NCBI GenBank assembly: GCA_025558095.1 | Contig: JAIVFI010000004.1 | Span: forward strand, 558,001 to 622,000 | Reading direction: 5' to 3' | DNA length: 64,000 bases | Source of the DNA: Hyaloraphidium curvatum SAG 235-1 | Lineage: Eukaryota; Fungi; Monoblepharomycota | Shown here: positions 44,786 to 56,990 of the stretch, piece by piece | Layout of the letters: the number at the start of each line of letters is the position of its first letter | How positions within the stretch are numbered: position 1 is the first letter of the stretch | Program-made: the position numbers and the translations under genes | Notes under the pieces: generated by a model | Told to the model about the DNA's origin: nothing | Database searches by the model: none | Seen by the model: only the letters and a program-made list of their open reading frames with translations

Positions 44786-47700
44786 ATGCGCGCCCATCGG
44801 AGCCCCGTGCTGCTCGCGCTCGCCCTCGTCGCCATCGCGGCCACCGCCGACGGCGCGGCCGTCGCGCGCCGCCAGCTGCTCGCCGACCTCTCGCGCGACG
44901 CGCGGCCGCCGCGGCCCGGCACTGCCGAGGAGGCCGCCGCCGCCGCCCTGCCCCCCGCGCGCGCCTGCGCCCTCGCGAAGGACTGCCCGACCGGCTGCTG
45001 CCTCCACGGCCTCTGCCTGCCCGACGCCGCGTGCCGCAACGCCCTCGCGACCCTGACGCCGGCCCAGGGCGCCGCGCTCAACGCCTCGTGCAGCGCGTCG
45101 ACATACCGCCAGTGCACGTCCGGCTGCTGCGTCGGGGGCCGCTGCGCCCCGCACGACGTCTGCTGGGGCGCCCTGGGCACGAACCACCTCGCGAGGGTGA
45201 GTGGAGGTCGTGGGCCTATCCCAGTGGGCCTGAACTGACGTCGATGCTCGATGATCGCGCTCCTCCCCGCAGTGCGAGGCGTCGACCTTTGAAGAGTGCG
45301 ATTCCGGCTGCTGCTTCGAAGGCCGGTGCCATCGCAGCGATGCGTGCTTCCCGCGCGGCCAGGGTGCCCCGGTGGGATCGGCGTGCTCGTCGGCCAACGC
45401 CACCGAGTGCGCGAGCCGCTGCTGCTCCGCCGCCGGGCAGTGCGCGGACCCAACGACCTGCTGGCCGGGTCTCAGGCTCGGTTCCCTCCGCCCATCGACG
45501 TCGACGCCCGTGTCGGCCAGGCAGGTCGGAAGCTGCCAGAACGAGCGCCCGTGCCGCACCTCAGCCGGCGTCGGCTGCCCCTGCGACCACACCTGCGTCT
45601 GCGGGCGCTGCGTGCCCGAGAACAGCGACGTAGCCCGGCGCATCGGCCCCGCGCTTTCCAACGCCACGCAGTGCGCTTCGTACGACCAAGCCGTGTCGGC
45701 CATGATCAACACCTTCCCCGAAGCGGACGGCGACATGATCGAGAAGCTTTTCGACCAGCAGGACGAGCTCAGGAACAAGGCCGTGCAGGACAACAAGATC
45801 GACGCGGCCGAGACCTGCATCTATGCGCTCGGCTCCGCGCCGTTCTACAAGGACTGCTCGGGCGGCAAGGTGTGCGATCCGCGCACTTGGACCTGCGTGG
45901 ACAGGAAGGACTTTGACGTCACCATGAAATACGTGTGGGACGCTTGCCCGACCGGTGAGCTGTACACCGAGACGTGGGAGGTGGACGGCGCGAAGTTCAA
46001 GTCGACCCTGGGCTGGGACCTCCCCAAGTACTCGTGCGTCAAATGCCTGCGGCCGTGGGCCGCCGACAACAGCAAGAGCATCATCGCGTTCGACTGCCCG
46101 CAAGGGACCCTGTGCGACGTGGTTGGCACCGAGTCTACCGTGGCCAGCGGCCTCTGCCTTCCGACCACGCGGGACCAGGACCGCGCGCTGGCGCAGGGAT
46201 CGCTGCCGTGCTCCGGGACGGCGCAGATCGGGGCCCAGGTCGCGTCCCACGCCGAGTGTTCGAGCTGCTACTGGAACTCGAGGGCCAAAACGTGCATCGA
46301 GGCGCCGCCCAAGTTCCCCGAACACATCCGGGACATGGCCAAGGGCCTCGCATCGCCCCTGGTGGACGTCAGCAAGCCCGTCCGCAGCGACGCCGAGCTC
46401 ACGGGTTATCCCGATTACCGGTCGTACCCCAGCAAAGGATCGCAGCTCACCTACGAGTACCTGTCGTGCCTCGCTTCCCGTGGCACCACCGCGGACCTAC
46501 GCGGGGATCGATACGGCAACGACTTTATGCTACAGTCGGACGCCTGGTATCAGCGCTACACTTCGACGATCTGGTCCAAGCCCGCGTCGTGCAACGCGGC
46601 CTGCACCGTGCGGTCGCCGACCGGGCAGACCGTCGCGCCCAACGTGGGCGGGTTGGGCGTGGCGACGGCCTGCCAGCCGTACGTGGACTCGATCGGACAG
46701 CCGCTCCCCGACGCGAGCGGGACCGTGGAGAAGCTCGGCGGCGCCTTCGACTGCAGCGTCTACTGCCACCTCGTCCAGGAGGCGGACTGGATCAGCAACA
46801 GCGCCAAGCCCATGATTGAGACCAACAACGTAGCACTCGTCGCCACCTTCCAAAAGGCCAAGGATGCTCTGCAGGCTGCGCAGGACCTGTTCAAGGACGC
46901 GCCGCTCTTCGTGCCAAAAGAGGAGGAGTCGACCGCCAAGGTCTTCTTTACGACCCTGTTCTCGTTCATCATGGAAATCGTCAGCATTTTCTTCCCCGAG
47001 GAGCTAATTGTCGAGAAGCTCACCGAGGAGTTCATCGAGGCCGCCGCGAAGCTGATCGCCAAGTCCGTCGCGGCTTTCATCGAAACCTCGGCCGCAGTGA
47101 TCCGCTACGGCGGGGAAGTGAACGAGCAGGTCAATCCGGAGATCGAGATCACGAAGGCGTTCGGCTCCGCGGCCGGGACCGACCTCAAGGCAGAGCAGCT
47201 CCGCGATTCCTTCGCCCGGTCGCTGGACAACACGCGCCTGGCCTTCAATGTCGGAGTCTATTCCATGATCAAGGACCGTGCGAAGCTCTTTTACCTGTCC
47301 CGGCTCACGGACGCCAGCGGCGTCAACTTCGATGGCCAGATGCAGAAGGCCATCACGGACAACCTCGCGCCGCTCGACCAGGGGATGAAGATCAGCTTCA
47401 TCAAGCAGCTCATGGTCACCAAGTTCGATCTCTGCGCCGTCGACGAGACGCCGGACTGGCCGCAACCTTATCCGAGCCTGGTGTGCACCAAGGCCTTCAA
47501 CGACGACGATTGCCCGGCGTGGTGCGAATACCTGGATGCTGCGGAGCCGGATAGCTTTGGAAAGGGACAGCCCGAGATCAAGACCCGCAACGCCTTCTTC
47601 AGTTGGCAGACCATGGGGCTTAGAAGCCCGTACCTGAGCGCGCAAGGCAACGACGTCCCGACCAGGTTCGGCGACGTGACCTACGCCAAGGACATGGCGA

Positions 47701-48044
47701 TGGTCCGCACCCGCTTCTGGCTCTGCGACAAGAAGAGCCGGGCGCAGACGCCCGACACGGTGTTCTGGGAGCAGGTGCTCAACTGCACGTGGGTCGGGGC
47801 CGAGGAGGCGGAGGACGGCGAGCCTGCGGGGCGCTACCTGTGCGAAGCCGGAGCCGGAGGCGCCCACGTGCTCGACGGGCCTCAGATGGCCTTCGATGCA
47901 AGTTATTGGCCCAACCTCGAGAACAAGCCCAAACGAGCGGGCGCCACCGCGCTCTTCGGATGGCCGCGGCTTACCGTGCACGACCCCACTGTTGGCCGTC
48001 AGTGCGTCGCCTACAAAAGCGAGAGCAGCTTCCCGATTGGGTGA
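44786..48044 (+). CDS. Large secreted cysteine-rich protein
   Basis: Signal peptide MRAHRSPVLLALALVAIAATADG and dibasic RR; repeated C-x5-7-C-x3-CC-x4-5-C modules. Intron 45197-45272 joins in frame to ORF 45372-48044. Confidence 0.85.
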
Positions 48045-48148
48045 TGAGTGGATAGGCAAGGCAATTGCGCCATGTGTTGCGGGCATAATCTATTGTCTAT
48101 TTCGAATCTGTTGCGGCCGTCGCCAACTGCGTCCGTCGCAGGCATAGT

Positions 48149-48787
48149 CTATTGCAAACAGCCTTCGTGGGGATACACTTCACGAGCGTGCAAGTCCCAC
48201 CAAACCGCAAACTCCGCCCCCCGTGCGCCCCACCACAGGCCCGAGACTTCGATCCACGGTCCGTCGACCCGCACGCCGTACACGCTGGCCTTGCTGGTGG
48301 ACACGCTCGACGTGCCTGTCCGCAGGGAAAAGTCGAAGAGGTGGAGCGGGCAGAGGATCACGGGTTCCGTGCCCGCGGGGGAGCCGTCGTCGCCCAGCGC
48401 GACAATGTCCTCGATGTCCCCGAGCTCCAGCTCGCCCCCCGCATGGGGACAATCGGGATCGAGGGCATGGAAGCGGAACAATCGGCCGTCGATCGTCGTC
48501 AGGTGGTCCGTCCCGGCCGAAAGAGCCCCTCCGCCGACAGCATCGGCGCGCGGTTCGAGTGCCAGCAGCAAGACCTTGGCAGGAAGCCAAGGCGCGTGTT
48601 CGGGCGCGTCCACGGCTCCTGTGGCCTCGGGGTCCCGCAGCGGGGAGGTCCGTTTGGCAAACTGTAGGATGACACGCTGACGCGGGGCACGCGCGATGCG
48701 CGCCGACAGCTCGGGACCTTCAAGAGCGCGGACGCGCAGAGCTTTCGCGGTGAACTCCCCGCTGACGGGAATGCCGTCCATTCCCAT
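48149..48787 (-). CDS. Rieske [2Fe-2S] domain protein
   Basis: CPHAGG..L.LGDIED and CPLHLFDFSLRTG. Confidence 0.85.
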   Translation of the reverse strand: MGMDGIPVSGEFTAKALRVRALEGPELSARIARAPRQRVILQFAKRTSPLRDPEATGAVDAPEHAPWLPAKVLLLALEPRADAVGGGALSAGTDHLTTIDGRLFRFHALDPDCPHAGGELELGDIEDIVALGDDGSPAGTEPVILCPLHLFDFSLRTGTSSVSTSKASVYGVRVDGPWIEVSGLWWGARGAEFAVWWDLHAREVYPHEGCLQ

Positions 48788-48991
48788 TGGTCATCGCGTC
48801 GCGGTCCCCGGAATCAGCACATCAATCTTCGAAACATGAAAGCTATCGAGCGCGCCGGCCGCTGGAGGTCGCAACGCACGGGGAGTCGGCGGGAGGCCGG
48901 AAGCGACGACGCGTGACCGATCAGACCGATCGCCTTGGGCCATCCACGCCCACGCCTCGCAACACCTCGCAGTGCCAGCAGCTCCTCCGCC

Positions 48992-51352
48992 ATGTCGTTC
49001 GTGGCCTCCGTCAACCCCTCCTTTCCCGATCTGAGCACCCCGAACGGCCGTGCCTTCTTCTCGGACCACCTGGCAGTCACCGTCAGACGCGTGCAGTTCC
49101 GCGCGCCGGATACGCCCAAAGCGTTCAAAGTGCGCCTGACTCTTCGCGACGTGCGTCAGACGACGTCGTCGATAGACTCGGCGGCTGGGTCGGTCGATGC
49201 TGCTTTCCACTTTGATGTCCGCTTCTCTCCGCTGCTCTTTGCGCGGATCAAGTTCGACATTCTGGCCAAGAAGCTCCTGATCGAGGACAAGGTGGCTCGC
49301 GGACGCAAGCGCGTGAGGGAAATGGTCGACTCTCTGCTCGCCCGCGAAGCATTTGATCCGGCAAAGGGCATATCGGGGGAGTTCTCGCTTCCCGTGTACC
49401 GCCCGCCCGAGGAGCCCATCTTTCCCCGCCTCGGACTGCAGGCAGAGCCCTACGCGGTGATTCACTTCACCCTCTCCTTGCGGCACAGTGCCTCCGCCAT
49501 CCTCGGGGACCTGAGCCCCGCTTCACCCTTCGCCGATTGCGTGCAGGTCTGCGATTCGTACGCCGACTTCCTGCAGTACGATCCCGCCCTGAAGGAGAGA
49601 ATCATGCGCGCATTCCGCACGACGGAAACTATGGCGGCACGGACTGGAGAGGAAAGGCTGGCTCAGTTTTCCGGCAAGAAGGAGCGCGAGTCCGGGGCCG
49701 GATCGGGGCCCATCGGGTCCATGACCCTCACATTTGACGATGCTTCCGCAACTGAAGTGGAGGGTGATCTAGGCGGAGAGCCGGCCTCGCGGAGCATCTC
49801 GCCGACTCCTTCTGTGGATGTGGACACGGGGCGAAACGGGGAAACGGGGGAGTGGAGTGAAGCTGCGGCGTCGCATGATCATGCTTCGCACGGCGGGATC
49901 GCGATCACTACCAGCACCCGTTTCCGCATGCGCGGCATTACCCGCGCCGGCGACGCCGCGCACGGCATCGTGAACGGGGTCATCTCTGGGCTGCTCAGGG
50001 ACGGGCTACGCGCGGAGATCGGATCGCCGGACTATTTCCGCGCGCGTGCACTGCTGGACGAGGCCTACGAGGATGTGCGGCGGGACCTCACCTACAATGC
50101 GGTGACGTCGAAGGATCTGCCGCTCCTCAAGGTCGCCAACCACTTCCTCCGCTTTGCTTTCGCGGTCTACGGCTCTTTCATCACCAACCTGCTCACGACC
50201 CGGTTCGACAAGCTCTTTCTCGATGCCTTCCAGTTCCGCTCAGACCTTCGCCGCTTCTCCCAGTTCTGCGGTGTCCCGCTAGCAGACATTAAGCTCTGGT
50301 CGCGCGCATCGGGCCCGCTGAATCAGCTTAATGGCGGCGACGACGTCTTTGCCCCTGTCTTTGCCCTGTTCTGGGACGCCAAGTCCGAGTCCGTCGTCAT
50401 TGCCATCAGGGGCACGCACGATCTGAACGCGGCCATGACCGATTTGGCCGCAAACGTCACGTACACGGGTTCGATCGGCGCGCATGACGATCTTGCCTCG
50501 CACTTTGGGTTCGCCGCATCGGCATGGAGGATCCGCTCGAGGTACTATGACATCATCAAGGACTTTGTGAGGGAGAAGCAGGCAGCGAGGCTAGTGCTAA
50601 CGGGCCATTCTCTCGGGGCGGGAGTGGCCAACGTGCTGTTCGTATACCTTCTTCCGCACCTCGAGGATCTCCGGACCGCCTCGGGCCGCGGAGCCGTGTT
50701 CGACATCCGCGTGTTTGGATTCGGCACACCGGCTTGCGTGGAACCTGCTGCCGCAGCACGCCGTCGCGACCGGGTGCTCAATTTCGTCAACCACCGGGAC
50801 GCGGTGCCCTCGATGTGTCTCGGCAGCCTGATGGACAAGATCCGGATCTTCCAGGCCTGCAGCTACCTCGCCAACGACGCCGCGGGCGATCCCAAGTGGG
50901 GCAAGGCGGACAAGCAGGAGAAGCTGCGGGTCGTAGGGGAAGCGATCGTGGCCGCGCGCGCCAAGGGCGAGCCCAAGCTCCATGTGCCCGGTCGGATCGT
51001 CTACCTTTTCCCTGCCGTGGACTATGTCGGCATCAACTCCTGGCACCCGCCAGAGGACAGCCCGTGGCGCCATTACGTTCCAACGGACCCGGAGCTCAGC
51101 CTCGCAGAATGGTCGGAACCGGAGCGCTTTGCCTCGTTCGACATGAGCATCGTGTCGCTGGCGTGGTGGGTGGAATACCACTTGCCGGACCTGTACCGGC
51201 TGCACCTTGTGCGGGCGATCGCAGCGGTGGAAAAGGGCGGGCTGGGCGTCGATGGGAAGGAAGCGGGGTGGGGCGAAGCCAACGCCGAACGGAGGGCACT
51301 ATGGGATCCAGCGGCGGAGGCGGGGCAGTCATTCGATCCGGCGTGTTGGTAA
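48992..51352 (+). CDS. Class 3 lipase (DAG-lipase-like catalytic domain)
   Basis: VIAIRGT, HFGF, LTGHSLGAG, FGTP, VNHRDAVP, YHLP..Y; intronless ORF. Confidence 0.88.
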   Translation: MSFVASVNPSFPDLSTPNGRAFFSDHLAVTVRRVQFRAPDTPKAFKVRLTLRDVRQTTSSIDSAAGSVDAAFHFDVRFSPLLFARIKFDILAKKLLIEDKVARGRKRVREMVDSLLAREAFDPAKGISGEFSLPVYRPPEEPIFPRLGLQAEPYAVIHFTLSLRHSASAILGDLSPASPFADCVQVCDSYADFLQYDPALKERIMRAFRTTETMAARTGEERLAQFSGKKERESGAGSGPIGSMTLTFDDASATEVEGDLGGEPASRSISPTPSVDVDTGRNGETGEWSEAAASHDHASHGGIAITTSTRFRMRGITRAGDAAHGIVNGVISGLLRDGLRAEIGSPDYFRARALLDEAYEDVRRDLTYNAVTSKDLPLLKVANHFLRFAFAVYGSFITNLLTTRFDKLFLDAFQFRSDLRRFSQFCGVPLADIKLWSRASGPLNQLNGGDDVFAPVFALFWDAKSESVVIAIRGTHDLNAAMTDLAANVTYTGSIGAHDDLASHFGFAASAWRIRSRYYDIIKDFVREKQAARLVLTGHSLGAGVANVLFVYLLPHLEDLRTASGRGAVFDIRVFGFGTPACVEPAAAARRRDRVLNFVNHRDAVPSMCLGSLMDKIRIFQACSYLANDAAGDPKWGKADKQEKLRVVGEAIVAARAKGEPKLHVPGRIVYLFPAVDYVGINSWHPPEDSPWRHYVPTDPELSLAEWSEPERFASFDMSIVSLAWWVEYHLPDLYRLHLVRAIAAVEKGGLGVDGKEAGWGEANAERRALWDPAAEAGQSFDPACW

Positions 51353-51445
51353 AAGTGAAAAGCCCGAAAGGGACGCACGGCCACCAGCGGCCGGGCCGGT
51401 GTCAGCTCCGCCGCACGGCCCTTGTGCCAAAGCCGACCGCTCGCT

Positions 51446-53239
51446 ATGGGGCCTCGATGGGGCCTCGTCGGCCCCTTCCTGCTTTTTTATGTGGCCTTTT
51501 TGGCACCCGTACGGGCCCAGATGACGAGTTTTTGCCCCGTCTACGAGCGATGGCGTGCCGACGGAGGGGACCTCAAGCTGGCGCTGCAGGGCCTCTCCCC
51601 GACCATGGCCGTCTTCAGGAGCTCGGGTGCCGCTTACATGAAGGTGACGGAGCAAGGTCCCCAGAGCGGGTTCTTGTACGACAGTGGGTTGGCCTGTCCC
51701 TTCTGCGTTCCTTCCCTCATGAACCTCTGATTCCGTTTCGGCACAGTCCTGGAGAAAATCGCCCGCTCGGGCCGCTTCAGCTGGAACTATACATTGATAC
51801 CCGACCAGCTTCCCGAGCAGACCGACGACCTGTGGTTCGCGAACGTGACCAGGAACTTCGACAGCGTCGCCCGGGTCGGCTGGGATACTTCCATTAGGAG
51901 ATCTCTGGGGCTGGCGTTCACTCCGGGCATCATCGATGCCTCGGTCATAATGATTGCCAATCGGGACACGGATCTTACGGAGCAGACCACCAATTTCGTG
52001 ATTTGGATGTATCCCTTCACGTGGGAGCTCTGGGGTGCGGTGCTCGGTGCGCTCGTGCTCCATGCGCTCGCGCAGCTTGCCATGGAGCACCTGTACTTTG
52101 ATGGGTGGAAGCCCAGGATCCGGCATTGGAACGCGGTCGAGAACTACCTGTACCTTTCCTTCAGCAACTTCACGGGAACGGACGCGCTCCAGGCTAACAA
52201 GCGCACGTCGAGGGCGTTGTTGCTCGTTTTCTCCTTTGTTGTCTTTGTTATCGTTGCATCCTACGCTGCCAATTTGACTTCCGCTCTGCTGTTGGCGAAC
52301 TCGACCTCGCTTAAAATCATTGACATGAGCGACGCCAACATGAAGCGAGCGAGGGTGTGCTTCCGCAAGACCTCGGCGGCCATCGCCATCGTGACTTCTC
52401 GTTTCACCCAGATCCAGCCCGTGATCACGGTGAACTCGAGCAACGCCGAGGTGCTGCAGATGCTCCAGGACGGGCAATGTGACGTGGCCATCCTGGCACA
52501 GAACGATTGGGAGCTTCTCGAGGGTTCGGATGTCAACATCCGCTGCAACCTGGAGCCGCGGGGTCCCCCGGTCCGGCAGCTTGCCGTGACCTTGCCCTTC
52601 CAGAACGACATTGCCGCGCACTGCACCTCCTTCTTCGGTCAGGTCCTTTCTGCCCTTTTGGTGGCCGAGAACGAGCTCCAGCAGACGCAGATGGCTTGGG
52701 CGGCGACCGTCAAGGCCGGACAGCGCGTCGACTGCAAGGTCGTCGCTGCGGCCCAGACGGATCTGTATTCCGGCAGGCTGGGCATCAATTTCCTCTACGG
52801 GCTCTTCGTGCTGTACGCGGCCTCCACGGTCGTCATCCTGGCCGTGCACTTTACGGACTGGGAGTGGATCGGGCGCAAGTGCGCGGGCTGCTGCGGGAAG
52901 CGCGGAGGGAAGGCAGCCAATGGCGGGGCGGACGGGCTTCCTGGCGAGCATGCTGGGTCCAGCAAGGCCGCAGTAGACGGAAATACGGCCGCCGAAGCGG
53001 GGATGGAATCGGGGCTTCCGTCAAGCGAATCACTCGACCGGAAGGACCCGGACGACCGGTCCTCGGGCGCCACGATTCTGACGCCGGGCCAGGAGGTGGA
53101 GGCCGCGAGACGCGCGGTGATGGCTGCCATGCGGGACCTGGAGCTGGCAATGGAGGCCAAGTTTCTGGCGGACCTGGAGAAGGAGGCGCCGGCGGGGGAG
53201 GCGAGCAGGAGGAAGCCGAGGAGGCACCTGAGGATCTGA
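51446..53239 (+). CDS. Ionotropic glutamate receptor-like ligand-gated channel lacking an amino-terminal domain
   Basis: Signal peptide; SGFLYDIL (intron 51684-51746); TSIRR...FT; PFTWELW + M1; pore loop; SYAANLTSAL (SYTANLAAF equivalent); S2; M4 LGINFLYGLFVL. Confidence 0.82.
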
Positions 53240-53579
53240 ACCTGATGCCCATCGGCATGGGCTTGGTCATGACAACTGATAAGTGTTCTTATTTCTTTGA
53301 GATTGCTTGTGCACCGGTTTGTACATGCAGACGACATAATGGAGATGTCAAAGAGGTGGCACGAAGAACAATCCACAGCGAGAGTCTGCATGTGCCACTT
53401 TCCACATTGCAAAGCATTTACCTGCGTGCTATCGCATTCAACTGGCATCGTCCAATCGGCGGATGGTTGATGGGGCGGTTGTGGGGGACCAGTCGCCGCA
53501 GTCAGCCAAACTTCCTTTCCGGTTTCCCGGTCGCGCCCCCGGCCATCGCGCCGGCCATCGCGGCCATCGCGGCACGGCG

Positions 53580-55506
53580 ATGGCGGCGCACCACCGGCAC
53601 GCGCACCCGTTCCGCACGGACAGTGCGACGCCGCCGCCCGAGCCGCCGCTCGTCGCGCCGCTGCCGACGCCGCCGTTCTTCACTGCGCGGGGCGCGGCGT
53701 ACAGCTCGGCGCCGCCGTCGCCGATCGCGCCGTCGCCGTCGGGGCATTTGCTCGCGTCGCTGCCGAACCGCATCGCGTCGGGGTCGCCGGCGATCTCCGA
53801 GGACGACGAGGCCGAGAAGAAGGGCCGCCGCCGCGTGTACCCGGTGCTGGCCCACGCCAACGGCAAGCCGCCCACAGCGAGCCTGTTCGGCGACGCGAAC
53901 TACTCGCCGAAGGGGAAGCGGCGTTCGCGCTTTTTCGGGGAGCGATGGCTGGTCGGCGGCCTCGGGGCGCTGCTGCGGTGGGCGCTCACGCTCTACGTGG
54001 CCGCCGCCGTGCTGGCCTTCACGGCGTGGCTCGTTTCCGGGTTGCTTTGGGGAGGCAGCAATGCCGGTGGGGCCGCACCGCTCGCTGCGGGCAGCTGGTG
54101 GCCGTGGGGCGGCAGGACACGGGTCGACGACGTCAGCGTCGCGGTTGATGGCGGCGCCGGGGGCCGCCACAAGGACAAGGACGGGGCTCCGCAAAATCCG
54201 CTGCCTCCGGCCGGACCGGATGTGCACCCGCCGGTGCCGCAGCTGCCTTCCTCCGTGTTTCACGTTCCCTACGACCCCGCGTACATGTTTGGCCATCTGG
54301 CCGACACTCTCGGCGCCCGGACCGTGGAGCAGAAGCTGTTCCAGTACGCGCTCAAACCGTTCGCGGTCATGGCCTTCTTCACGCGCGCCATGACGGCGCC
54401 TGCAGAGGGCGCGATCAGCATCGCCACGCTGATCGACCCCTCGCGCTACCAGCGCCTCTCCACCCTCGCCCGGGCGTGGAACGGCCACCTGAGCGTGGCG
54501 CTGCACCTGCGGCCGGATGAGGTCGACCGACAGGTCGCCAAGCTCGGCCAGCTGATCCAGTCGGACGCCGCCATCCGCGACAAGTGCGACATCCATCTCG
54601 TCATCACTCCCCACCCGCGCCAGCTGAACCTGATGCGCAACGTCGCCCGCCTCTACTCCCGCACGGACCTCGTGGTGCAGCTCGACGCCGACTTTGTCGC
54701 CACCACCGACGTCGCGCGCCACGTGGACGAGCTCGGCTTCCGGTCCCGGCTCGAGGCCGGCGAAATCGCCCTCGTGATCCCGGCCTTCGAATGGGCCGAC
54801 GATTCCGTGCCTGGCATCTCCCATGATCCCCGTGACCCCGGCCGCACCGACCCTTCCCTCTCGTCGTGGCCGACAACGAAGCGCGAGGTCGTTTCGCACT
54901 TCCAAAACTCTCGCCTCCTCGTCTTCCACCACCAGTGGGCCGTCGGACACGGCGCCACGGACTACCAGCGGTGGCTGGCCGCCGACGAGCCCTACGAGCT
55001 CGATGGGGAGCACCACCACAGCTTCGAGCCGTACCTGGTGATGCGCAGGGACTACGACGGCTCCGGCATGCCGTACTGCGACGAGCGTTTGGTCGGCTAC
55101 GGCGGCAACAAGGTGAGGCGGTTGTGCAGCGTGATTTGTCGCGGCAGCTCATTGTCCGCGCATTGTTCAGGCCGCGTGCGTGTTCGAGGGACACCTGGGC
55201 GGCGTCAAGCTCATTGTCCTGCCCAACGACTGGGTGATCCACCAGAGGTGGGTCGCTTGGCGCGTCGACGCCCTTTCGTCGCTCATTTTGTCGCGCAGGC
55301 ACTCGTATCCCGAGCTCGAGCGCCGATCCGAGCGCTCATACAACCGGCGCCTCTACGAAAACATCCGCGAGGAGATGTGCGTGCGGTACAACCGCATGCA
55401 GACCGTGGACGACGCCGCCGACGGGTCGGTGGGCGAGGAGGACTCGATCGGGTGCACGAGGCACTGCGGGCCGGCGAGGAAGGGCGGAGAGCGGAAGAAG
55501 AAGTGA
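53580..55506 (+). CDS. GT49 (LARGE/B4GAT1-like) glycosyltransferase, type II membrane protein
   Basis: TM segment; NLMRNVAR, LDADF, VIPAFE, GHGATDY..W, FEPY, DERLVGYGGNK; two 3' introns (~55113-55170, ~55248-55298). Confidence 0.88.
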
Positions 55507-55682
55507 GGCGGGAGGTCGCGGGCGGCCTCGGACGGGCGGGACGGGTCGCTGGGCGACGCTAAGGGCCACCGAGTTTCTATGGCTGATTATGCTGGGCTGA
55601 CCCGGGCCGATACCACGTGCATCCCATGTACAGACTGCACGCGAGATGTAGATAGCCACGCTTTCTCCTTTCTGCGTCGTTT

Positions 55683-56990
55683 TCACCCCTGCGAGACCGC
55701 ATCCCCGTGTTCCGATCCCGATCCCGGCATGGCCAGGGAGATGTTCGGCTGGAACAGGCTGGCGAGCTGGGCAAGGAGAACCTGCTGCACGAGGTCGACG
55801 GGCGTTTCGGGCGTAGGCCTGCGGCACACTGCGGAGCGCATGGCACGGCGTCGGCACCGCTTCCTCGGGCCGCCGGTTGAAAGCGGGGCAAGCTCGCCCT
55901 CCAAGGGGTTCAGGGTGGGGAGAGGGGGCAGGAAGGGGATCCCGGGCTGCGATCCGGCGGGAGGCAGGAGCCACAGGTCCGCAGCGAGCGCCGAGTCGGG
56001 CGGCAGAGGTTCCGGCTCTGCAGTCTGCAGGGGTCCGAGGAGCATTCCCGGAAACAGGTTGCCCGCAAAGGGATCCCAGGGTGTGTCCTGGAGGGGCGAC
56101 CAGAGAGTCTCGGAGGAGGAAGCAAGGGAGCTCGACAAGAGATCTTCGGCGGGCTTGGGCGGGAAGTCGGCGAGCAGGTCATGGTCTCCGTCGAGGTCGT
56201 GCAGAGGGTTGTCCGCGGCGGTCTGGGGGATGGAGGGCGAGTGCAGGGAAGACGACGAGGCCGAGTTTTCCCGGGAGATGTTGCCGATGAAGAACTTGGG
56301 AGGGCGGGTCGGGGGAGGAAGCTGCGAGACATCGCCCGAGACACAACGCATCAGCTGGAAGTAGCGCCGGGTACTGACGGTACGACGTCAGCATCCATCG
56401 GGACATCATGCGACGGGCACGGAGCACGTACACAGCTGCGTCCGGGGGCATGTAGTCTGCGTCGTGCTTCTCCCGGATGTGGTGCGTGAGCGAGGTCCGC
56501 CGCGTGTAGTCCTTTTCGCAGTCTGGGTAATCGCACTTGTAGAGGCCGACGTGCTCGTGCGTCCGCCGGTGACGCGCCAAGGAAGAGGACTGCTTGGTGT
56601 CAGCCTCGCTGCAGTACGAGATAGATGGTGCACTCACATCGCCGAACATCCTGGTGCATCCTTCCCAGTCGCATGCGTACGGCCGTTCCCCGGTGTGCTG
56701 CCTCAGGTGGACGGCCAAGGCCGAGTTCTGGATGAAATCGCGTCCACAGACATGACCTGATAGCGAGATGCGTAAGTTTCAGTCTCATAGCGCTGCCGGC
56801 TCTGGTACCAACACTCAAAGGGCCGCGACCCAGTGTGGATCCGGACGTGCCGGGCGAGGTCGCTTCTTCGGCCAAAGACCTTGTTGCACCCTCGGCAACC
56901 GAACTGCCGGCGCCCGTCGACGACTTGAATGTCGTAGAAGTCCTCCTCGGCCAGCTCGGCTCGGTCCGAGGCGGGGTTGGCGGAGGCCAT
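55683..56990 (-). CDS. C2H2 zinc-finger transcription factor (about 4 fingers)
   Basis: CRGCNKVF...[55 protein letters not shown]; several short introns; Pro/acidic tail. Confidence 0.85.

Noticed and set aside
48992-53239. DAG-lipase-like gene beside an iGluR as a neural-like signalling cluster
   Set aside because: Short intergenic gaps are the norm in this window; nothing beyond adjacency supports a link.
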